Source of the DNA: Catajapyx aquilonaris
Taxonomy: Eukaryota
Direction of reading: 5' to 3'
Assembly: GCA_000934665.2 (NCBI GenBank)
Contig: JYFJ02002977.1
Coordinates: forward strand, 1 to 47,986
DNA: 47,986 nucleotides
The notes below the pieces were generated by a model, which did not search any database, was not told the origin of the DNA, and saw only the letters and a program-made list of their open reading frames with translations. The translations under genes were made by a program, and so were the position numbers. Shown one piece after another: positions 24,506-34,668 of the stretch (positions within the stretch are counted from its first letter, which is position 1; every line of letters starts with the position of its first letter).

Positions 24506-27149
24506 ATGGATTGTGTATCACCTCCTGTTATTGCTATTCTGTGCATACAATTTTTAGCTGTTCTATCTCTTCATTATGATGGTAAGTAGGCCTAATATAA
24601 TTATGTGCTTGTTATAAACTGTCGTCCATACTACTGTAAACTATGAGTGTCGGTAACGTAATTCAGACCGATTCCTACCAACTTTTGCTACTTTGCTAGT
24701 CACTGACAATAAGACTGATGAAGTAGGCCTATTAGGCATATAATTATGCAGTGGAAGTTGACCCGCATAAAACTACTATACGGAGCAAAAGAAAGTAGTT
24801 TATAAGTTATGGGTTTTTAAATTTTGCTCTGTAGTGGTCAATTGTGCTAAACATGTAGGCTACGTGATGTAAAATGAAAGGGCACATGATGTTAGCAGCT
24901 GATATTTACAGCAGCTCGCCATGCCCATTTAATACAAGATAGGCTTAACAAAACAATTACGTAATGTAGACTTCTGCATGTATATTTTACTGCGCCGTTG
25001 TAAAGTCATCACAGGTGGTTTCATACGCATGCCATGTAGCGTACAGGTGCAGAAATAAATAGACAGACGTAGAGCAGACAGTGAAGTTCAGTTCATCATA
25101 GAGTCAAACCGTTTTATATACTGACTGTCAATGTTATTTTGCAAAGGCCAATGTGGAATGTACGTAGTCATGAAATGTACATGAAAAATTAATGACACGG
25201 ATGAAACCATATGCAAACTTATGCAATATTATCTACTGTATATGATGATTTTGTCTCCTAAATGAGGTTACAAAGGTACCAAACTGCCATTTGACAAGAG
25301 TTATCATTCAAATTTAGGTAGCGATATTGAGTTCATGGCACACATAATTTGATTACAAATTGTATGTCAATGTGATGTTTTAATAAACTCTCGACTTCGA
25401 CTTTTTAAATGGTGGTAAAATGCAGTTGATTGCTCTAATTTGATGAATTCCTGCCGCAGTCGCTGACCTGACCCAATTCTGCGTGGGAAATTTCAGCCAC
25501 GACTTCCTCACAGCTTTTAATTCAGAATGGCCTCCTCAGGCAATAATTATTAAGTTGTCCCAAGAAAGTTACCTTCAAATAGCTGAATGTAACGTCAGTG
25601 TTCATGCCGTCGATGGCAGCAAACTGGGTCTACTAGTAGAAAAAATGATCCATGGAGACCACCTAAATATTCATGATGATGTGGACTGTCAAAAGCACGG
25701 ATATCTTCAGGTGCGGTACATTTTCAGTTCATGGTAACAATGTTCACTATACATACTCCATATGAATTTTACACGATAAAATAAAAAAAAATCATATTGG
25801 TTGCAGATTAAACACCAGAACGGACGTCGAGAAGATAGCATAGAAAAAGTGTGTGGTGAGTGGGATCTCACTTTGGAGAAATCAAACACATCTCGACGAG
25901 CATTTATAAGCCATAATGGAAACTTCCAAGTCCGTGTGCGAGACTTTCATGAACCTAGTTCTTTCCAAGTGGTCATCATGCCCATTAGAGGTATGCGGTA
26001 TTCTGTTCACTTCATTTCATTGTTTTGCGAGCTTGCAATAAGTGAGTGTTGGATAATAGCAAGTAACGTGGGCTTCTTCAAAATCAAAATCATTATCAGT
26101 CATGCACTCCACTGTCCACAGCCTAGCCCACCACACATAGAAGATGAATGCTACTATTGACAGTTATAACTTATTGACACTCTTGTGCTGTTTTCAGAGC
26201 CAAATGAAACGGGCTTGTGCTCACCCGGTTCCACAAGTTGCTGCCGAGAATGCTTTGGTCGTCCAGTTTGCATTAACGAAGACCTCCAGTGTGATCATAA
26301 CTTCCACTGTTTTCCAGGAAATTGGGAAGAAAGTTCGGCCTGCTCTAGTGAGTAGTAGCCTATATTAATTGGCATGTTCCATCGTCAGTAATGTTGATAT
26401 TTTGTCTGATGCAAGGTGATCCATTTAGAATAGGTTCCCTATTTATCGTAATTAATGTGTTCATTTTTAAGCAGTTATTTTTTGGTTATTTGATGTATAT
26501 GCTAATATTATATTGCGTGTACAGTACAGTACCAATCATTTTCAAACCCTGCGAAGGAGTTCATGCACACAAAAATGGGTTCTATGATTCAAGCTCATTA
26601 TCAGTTGTTCCAATGGGCCATATTTTCAATTGTAATTATGGCAGTTCCGAGCTTGGACAGATAATTCAAATCTACCGGATATTAGCAGTCGATAACCACT
26701 TAAAAGCTTTTCAAAGGTATACCGTTTCTACTTGAAATAATCGGCTTATTGCCAAAAACATTGCTAACTGCTACGGACATTTTTCAAGTAAATTTCTGAT
26801 ATATTACCTTTTTTACGTTACAGAAAAGAAAGAAAAGGAAAACCTCATCATGATAATAGGAATCATCTTCGGGGTCATCTTTGTGGGCCTGATGGGATCC
26901 TGCACTGTGTACACTGTGAGATCACAAAGAAAAAACCAACCTCATTTAAACCCTGAATTTGCCTCCAGCCCCAGCAGAGATTACCAAACAATGTCTTCAA
27001 GGCAGCGGTCCCGCAACTCCAACAGCATAACAGTGTCCAGTGAACCTCCAGCCATTGTTATAACGACAGCACCGAGAGTCAATCAAAGTAATGCTTCACT
27101 AGTGCTGGACTTGCCTCCAAGTTATGAAGAAGCCACGTCTCTTTCTTAA
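24506..27149 (+). CDS. Type I membrane protein: signal peptide, CUB-like, LDLa-like, TM, PPxY tail; about 328 aa (gene D)
   Basis: Exons 24506-24581, 25460-25710, 25807-25990, 26198-26347 and 26824-27149 are GT-AG and in frame. CUB-like YLQ|IKH..EKVCGEW..FISHNGNFQVRV. LDLa-like CINEDLQCDHNFHC..EE..C. TM IIGIIFGVIFVGLMGSCTVYTV. Tail LPPSYEEA. AATAAA at 27480. Confidence 0.8.
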
Positions 27150-28048
27150 TTCAGCAAACTTCTCTTGTCATTCAAACAACAATGGGGTCCAACTTGTAGT
27201 TTGACTATCACTACACAGTGTAGTCGATGTGATGTCAGAGAGTAGTAGACCTGCATTGAAGGAGGCTTACAATTTCACAGTACGGGTATCTCATCAAAAC
27301 ACGTGCAACATTTCTTGCAGAAGAAGATTACATCAGAATGAATATACACCACTTGTGCATTTTGACTGATGTCAGTCTATTTTTCTTCGAAATGAGTGAC
27401 ATGTGCATAGAATAAGTTATTTTATGTAAAATGTTTTGTCATTTCTTCCATGCTTACATGTACTTTTTATGTGCTTGTTAATAAATTTTCTGATTGTTAC
27501 ATTGTGAAAATAACCTATATTTAGTTTTAATATTTTATTGTCTGTAGAAGGTGTTTCTTATCCCAAATGGTGGCTAATCCATCCACTTCCCCAGTTCCCC
27601 ATTGTTGGAACAAATTGATTTTGTTTTGGCAGGTAGACTTTGATCATTCGGCTTCCAAACTGATCCAAACTGACATTTTGATGCCAACCTGAGAAATCCA
27701 GAAAAATCATGGCCATTGATTTGCGATAAATTCAAGGATGAGGCTTGAGTCACAATTTGACTTAGCTATCTTTTCAAATGCTAGGGAAAAGGTCACTTTC
27801 GTCCCAATTGCGGTATCATTCCTTGGGACATTCCTATGACGTGTCTTGAAGAGCTTTCTCAGAGTTTACCAGGCGCAACTTTTAAACAGTGCCCTTTCTG
27901 TCTGCCAACCTGAAGATTAGACGCACTTTGCCAATAGTAGCTCTAATCGTCAGAGTACACATGACCAGACAGGAAAAAATGGCTTCCAAGGAGATTATCA
28001 CAGCTCATAGATAAGACCAGGCTGAATCAAGGTGGGACTGCTGCAGTA

Positions 28049-29440
28049 ATGGGTTGTTACACAGTACTAGTAACACTTCTCTTGTGGCAAATCCATTCAT
28101 ATGGCTGCACCAAAGTGGAAGGCAAGTACCAGGTTATTGTGATACTAACCAAAGTTATTATACAGTATAGTATTGTGTGTAGCACCAGAGTCATATGCGA
28201 TGGAGATTTATAATGTAAGGCTCTTGCTTAGATATCGACCTGACATCCAAGTGTCAACATGGTAAAAGACACGTGTACAAACTGGACTTCCCTTCAGATT
28301 TCTATCCTCCAGCAGTAGTAGTCACACTCAATGAAAGATCTCATTCGTCAAACTCTACCTGTGATATTGTTTTGGAAGCAGTCAAGAGGAATGGATATCT
28401 TGCTTTAACAATGGAAAAAATGCATATTGGTTCTCATACCTGCCAGGCAAAGCACAAGAATTACATAACGGTAAGGTATACACCATACTTGCACTCCCAC
28501 CGCTACACGTATACCATAGGCTACATATTATTTTGGCTATATTAATTTCGGTGTGTTGCAGGTTGAAGACGGCGAGAAACTGCGTGTACCATTTACTCAA
28601 TTTTGTGGCAATTGGGTATATACTGGATCTGATTACAATAACCACAAATTTATTAGTAACTCGAGCCACTTTAGAGTCAAGTTTAAGTCGTTTCCAGGAT
28701 CTTACTCCATGCGATTTACTGTAACCGCTCTTGAAGGTATCACTGCTACAGTCAGATTTCAATGTGTTAAAGTGTTACATAATTATTTTCCTACACAGAA
28801 GCTGAATTTTTGCTGACATGACTTGTGTTGTGGATAACAATATGTTTAATATTGAACAGGGCCTGAACTCTCAGCTGACGAGTGCAATAACTGGTTGTCT
28901 GGAGTAAGTTGCTGCAAGTCATGCGATGTGTCATTTTGCGTAAGCACAGTACTTCAGTGTGACAAGCATTTCAATTGTGATCCAGAGCACAACGGAGACG
29001 AAGAGAATTGCAGTAGGTTTCGTTACTGATGTGTGAATTTAGCTAAGACTCTATGGTCTATGCAGTATCTTAGTCTGACTGTGCCGATAGCTATTTTAAT
29101 AATTTTTGTGAGCATATTAGAAGTTACTTGTTATGTTATTCTTGTTGCAGGTAGTTCAAGACTGGTCGATACTATTGTAGGTGTCATTGGAAGTGTCTTT
29201 GTGACGTCATTAATTATCGGATTATGTGTTAAGTGGAGATGTAGTGTCAGGAGACGACGTCAAAGAAGAAGAGAAAGTAATTCACGTCATGAAAGTGAAG
29301 GATGTCACTCTGAAGACAGGACTAATAATGTGGTACATCCCACTACTCCTGTGACTAATTCAACACCGTTCATAGATGAACCCCCTACTTATATTGAAGC
29401 TATGAGGGCTTCCCAAGAAAATTTAGATTCAGAGACATGA
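28049..29440 (+). CDS. Type I membrane protein: signal peptide, CUB-like, LDLa-like, TM, PPxY tail; about 309 aa (gene E)
   Basis: Exons 28049-28121 (GC donor), 28232-28470, 28562-28736, 28860-29012 and 29151-29440. CUB-like YIT|VEDG..QFCGNW..FISNSSHFRVKFKS..F. LDLa-like CVSTVLQCDKHFNC..DEENC. TM IVGVIGSVFVTSLIIGLCV. Tail EPPTYIEA. AATAAA at 29520. Confidence 0.8.
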
Positions 29441-31551
29441 AGTATGTGTTTTTTAACATTTACATAATGTGAAATGAAAAACAAAATTACTTTTGTCTGA
29501 CTGCAAGTAATAAGTCTATAATAAAGTCTAATGAAATTCAATGACACATATGTGATCCTCTCTACAGTGTGTCGCAATCTGTAGTAGTAACGTATAATAA
29601 TTAAAAATAAGTACCCAAAAAACAAGTGAGCGTTAATTTGGCTCTCAGTGGTAATCATTTTGGGTCGCTAGTGTTTATGAAATAGTCCAAAACCAAATTA
29701 ATGCAATTACGTAAAGGCAGTACTGAAAAACTCGATCTATAATTTCCAGATTTGTCGGATCCATTGTTCTTCTTCAAAAAGTATATGAATAGATATTTCA
29801 CTGTAGGCCTATAACGGTTTTTAAAAAGTAATAATTTCTTCCTTCAGTAAGTGACGCCTGTAGGTTCCGTGGATAGGTCTATCATGTGAGTAGTGAGTTA
29901 TATCTATAGAGTGAGTTTGGACTTACAATAGGCCCTATAAATACTAGCATACTATTTTCTTCATCGTTTTGCATTCAAATATTTGACATTATGCTTTCCT
30001 CAACTGGACATTTTACAATAATATTTCACAACTGGTATGTGGTACTATGGTAACTTGGTGTAGCCTATTTTAATATGCAAATGTGTTCGTAGCATATTTA
30101 CAGACGCAAGGTCAGAAAAACCCTGCTGTGAAGTAAAGAGAAATTTGCAGGCAATTGACAAAATATGCAAGCGAGCAGCAGCTTGTGTGAAAAGAGCACA
30201 TGTAAGTATTCTGTTGTGTTCTGGCGTGCAGGACATGATAACTGAATCTCGTGCAAAGGACTTACTTCGCCGGCAGAGTCATACAGCAAACACTTGTCAC
30301 TCAACAACGTAACTTCTGTACATTACTTTAGAAATAAATTCGCTGCTCCATTGTGAGTTACATGCATTATGTATAGCTTATGTCACTCTCGGGTCAATTA
30401 GGGGCAACACAAGTTTTATGCAACTTTTTCTACACTGCCAATATGGAAATAACACTATCTCTGTTTTCGTCGCAAATCCATAAATTAGCGGTAGTGTGTT
30501 GGTAACTATAGTCTTAACAAAAGATTATTTCTATGAAGATCATTATGCAGTAACACAAGGGAGACTAAGAACTCATCTGAACTGCCAACTTGCCCTCAAC
30601 GCCATGACCGGCATTCTGCTACCAATGTAGCAAGGCAATGCAAATGCAAGAATATGGAATTAAAAATAAATCATTATTCCCACTAATGTTTGCCAGCCGT
30701 CTAAAATCTGTTTCTACAGTCTACAGTTAACTTGTCGCACATTTTAAGTAGAAGGTTTCAGAGCATTGTGACTCACATGAATGGTAATAATTGTGTGTAG
30801 AAAACTACATAGGGTAAGTATAACTGCTATTTAAGTGAAAAATGAGATGAAGTTTTTAGTGGAAAGTGCCTTTTCATTCAAGCAAATAAGTTAAATGTGT
30901 TTTTGCACTCATTAAAATTAATGAAAGCCGAAGCGCTATAGAGTCAGCAAGAAGTAACAGCACGTTTACACTGTATACTGTATAGGCCTATAGGTGTGAC
31001 AGATGTTGTTTCTTTAGTATACACTTTCATTCACATTAAAGTTGTAAGTATAGAGTTGAATAACCGAGAAGTGCCATCATTCAAAACGGTCTTCCAATAT
31101 AATATGAAAAATTCACAAGAGCGAGGCCTGCACACTTTGGGTAACAAGACTAGGGTAATAGACTAGAATATTTTAGGGACTCAACCCTTTCGTAAATTTG
31201 GTGTGAAGCTATCATTTAACCACTTCCCCGCAGGCTGACAAGGACTTCAAAAGCAGGTAGTAAAAAGAGTTAACAAATCATTATAAACACTTGACTATAA
31301 CTTTGCGCAAGTGTTTTAACGTATAGATTACCAATTCCTCTATAACAAACTTGTTCAATTGTTGGAGGTAACTTAATAACCAAAGAGAGTAATGAAGAGT
31401 ACAACGAGAATCAAATAATTATTGTCTCACTGATTTCTTGTATAGTAATGAGTAAAAATCGCCAGATCATTATTGTTGGCTCATGTAGGTTCTAATTATT
31501 TGAATCAATGTCAAATCTCAAATAGAATTGGGATTTAATTTATGACATTAA

Positions 31552-31845
31552 TAATAATAATAATTAATAATTCATACCCCGTTATCAGCCTTTTTCGGCT
31601 CTTTAGGGGGGAAGTTTTCTTTTGCCTGCAACTCTTTGCTTTCATTTTACTGCACTTTTTGGGATGGGATAGGGACGGAAGGAAGCGGCTGTAGCCTATT
31701 AATTAGGGAAGCAACTCCGGAATTTTCCTGGAATGACCGTGGGAAACCACAGAAAACCACGGTCAGAGTTGCCGGCCCCGGGATTTGATCCCAGACCTCC
31801 CGATTAGCAGTCGGACACCGTATCCCCTACTCCAAACTGCTTCGG
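31552..31845 (-). mobile_element. tRNA-derived SINE, family B, full length
   Basis: 17-bp TSD TTAATTTATGACATTAA at 31535-31551 and 31846-31862. tRNA-like head on the minus strand (B-box-like GGATCAAATCCC). (TTA)n tail. Confidence 0.85.
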
Positions 31846-33456
31846 TTAATTTATGACATTAAAAGCTAGCATAACCTAATCTGTGATTGACATCTACATA
31901 CAGTGTATACTATAGAGAGATGAGTGTACTCCTCAAGTCTGTACAGTATACAGTCCATCAAAGAAATCGTGGGAGAAATTTAGCCGATGACATTCTCTGC
32001 TTTTCTTTCATGTAAATGGTGAGAGATGACAACGGGAATGGTGAGGATCCCCGAGAAAGATCTGGTCTAGTCACGCCAGAAGACTATGTGGCTATAAGTA
32101 ATAGATTGGTTGAGAGGCTCTTGATATTTTTCCTACCAGCCACGAAGACTTGTGCGACTTGGGATACTTATCCAGTAATCAAACCTGAGCTTCCGGGTCG
32201 TCGGAGATGCCAAGCTTCATCAACTCAGCAAATTGGAGACACAATTGTTGGGCTTTTCAAATGGTTATCCTTACAGCGCATAATATTGTATTTCAAAAGC
32301 ATTTTTATTTACTCCTAATGATTTGAAGTTTTAATTGTAATTATTAGTTAAAATTAATATTAGTTTGGTTAGCTTAATATAAACCACAATACTTGTTTTA
32401 ACAGAAATCTTTACTGCGCGTATATGCACCAACTGTGTGATGAAGCAATTATCAGCAGCCGATGGAGTCTACAATGTCACGTGAATAATTATTCAAGTTT
32501 CTCATGTGGTTAAAATAATGCTCAACGGTAAATAATACATAGAGAGAGGGAATATGGAGAAAATGCTGTCAGCAATATTATTTAACATTTTATGAAAGTA
32601 ATATTGAGATAAAGATACCACGAATACACACGGTTCAGTGAAATGTAGGCAAGTTTGCACTCATTCGTTGGCCATGTCCCCTTACCGACCTGGAAATGGT
32701 GACAAAGGAACAAGAACGGAAAAAAATTCTAGCAACATTCATTTAGGCCTTTTAGGCCCTAAACCTCGCCTAAATGTTGACGTAAGAGTGGTGTGAGAGC
32801 CAGAAGAACTCAAAAAAAAACCTTCCCTCTCCAATGGGCCTCTTCATGACCAACATTACTGCCATAGAAGGGACAGATTTAGGAAGAAAATTCTCACTGA
32901 ATCCCGTGCTGGTGCACCAGTTCGGTACGCAAGCATTACGTGTGGAGTACTTACGTTACGTATATACGAAAATATATTTTATAATGTAAAGTGTATACAG
33001 TATGTCACACAACTCTTTCCAAAGATCCGCCAACATAATGTCGTTATGACTTACTGTATAGTCAGCGTCAGCGTGTATTTTCTTTTCTGTATCAGGCACT
33101 TCTAATACAGTATTTAGAAGTACCGGGACACCCTGTAGAATACTGTATGTCTGTATATTACATAATATTGACGTTCGCTTATGCAATGCAATCATAATTT
33201 GGTGCTACACAAGGGGTTGCTTATTATCCTCTAAGATGATACTAGTAGAATGAAAATTGCAAATGTGACGGCTGTCGTATGTAAATGACCATTATTTGCA
33301 TTACTCTTGAAGGGAACGTTTTACTCCTTCATGTAATATGCATATTCTTGACGCAATCTTGTATAATCACATATTTATTCAAAAGGTGCCTTTAACATTA
33401 CACTTGTACAGCTTTAATGACAATAAATGTGAACATGTTACGATACCAACCATGCG

Positions 33457-33529
33457 TATAAAAAGGACTCAGGAAGTAGTCATCCACATTACACCTGCTG
33501 AAACCAGCAGGGAAGTACTTCAGAATCAG
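33457..33529 (+). promoter_or_regulatory. TATA box and short non-coding first exon of secreted Gly/His-rich gene F1
   Basis: TATAAAAA at 33457-33464 and consensus donor CAG|GTAAGT at 33529/33530. The ATG exon starts at acceptor TTGTTGCAG (34664). The arrangement is conserved in copy 2. Confidence 0.7.
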
Positions 33530-33738
33530 GTAAGTCTTTGTAACAACTTATTACATTTAAGTACCTTGACACCTAATCTAAATGGTGGTATCTAAATCTT
33601 AGGTATGGGCGTATGGCTACCTAATAGAATTTATAGGAGGTGTCCAATTAGGACCTAATTTGACACCTCCTAAGTTCTCCAAAGGTTTGAAAACAGCATT
33701 TTGTTTAAATAGCGAACATTTAACCTTTGGTGGTCCGA

Positions 33739-34124
33739 AATACTTGTACGACTAATAGGAATCTTACTGTACTTGTTAGGGCTAATCTGCAGTGTAGCAG
33801 TTATAGTGCATATAGTTCCTTTTGATGGCTGACAAAAGTATTAGCTAGGCCTACTGATGTTAGGTTACGTGTATTGTACCCATCCTTTCTAAAGCAAGGT
33901 GGTCTGGCATGCACAGTGTTATATCATTGACATGAGATGACAATATTGTTGTAATTTTACCATTCCTTATGGTACATGCGTGTAATTCAGAGCTTGAATT
34001 TATGATTCCGTGTGACATAATATTCGAAGCTAATGTTGATAACAATAAATTAAAAGCAACTCTGTAAAAACGCTGCTAAAATAAGCAGCTTAGTGTCACA
34101 AGTCCTATTAGTCGGACAAGTATT
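33739..34124. mobile_element. Probable MITE, 22-bp TIR
   Basis: AATACTTGTACGACTAATAGGA (33739-33760) pairs with TCCTATTAGTCGGACAAGTATT (34103-34124) with 1 mismatch. It is absent from the copy 2 intron. Confidence 0.55.
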
Positions 34125-34668
34125 ATGCATCACATTGTAGGCCCTACAGTTACTTAATTTGATAACCTCTCAATAATCAATTGGTCACATTTTATGCTGT
34201 CGTAGAATTATCACAGCAGCCGCATAGCAGCAAGTCAGGAAGAGAAGTTGACCCGTGGGTTGACCATATCAGTGTGATTATCGCATGCATTGCGGATGCT
34301 CTATTTTAGAAGCATGCTTTGGTCTAAATTTTGCAGAAAGTCAGGGGATATTGCCAACACTAGAAATCCACCTATGGTTGGCTTTAATGGTAAACTTTAA
34401 TAGTCATGAAACATTGATATTATTTTGCTATCATTGGCAATCCTCAAAAAGAGTCGCTACTGACCTGTTTTATTAGCGGAATATAAGCTCCACATTTTTC
34501 AGCTGCAGCAGTGTTTTTTAAGCTGCTCAGAATTGAACCCGTCCCTCGAAGAAGGGTGTATTTCCAATATTTATTTTGTGAAAAGTAGTGAGCCTATATA
34601 CCTCAGCGTGGGCGCATAAATTATTGATATAATGCTTATAATCACGGGTTCTATTTTGTTGCAGAAAA

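Noticed and set aside
30045..30307. Short minus-strand ORFs that recur at 41545-41742
   Set aside because: The recurrence is explained by the segmental duplication. The copies differ by frameshifting indels, so coding is not conserved.
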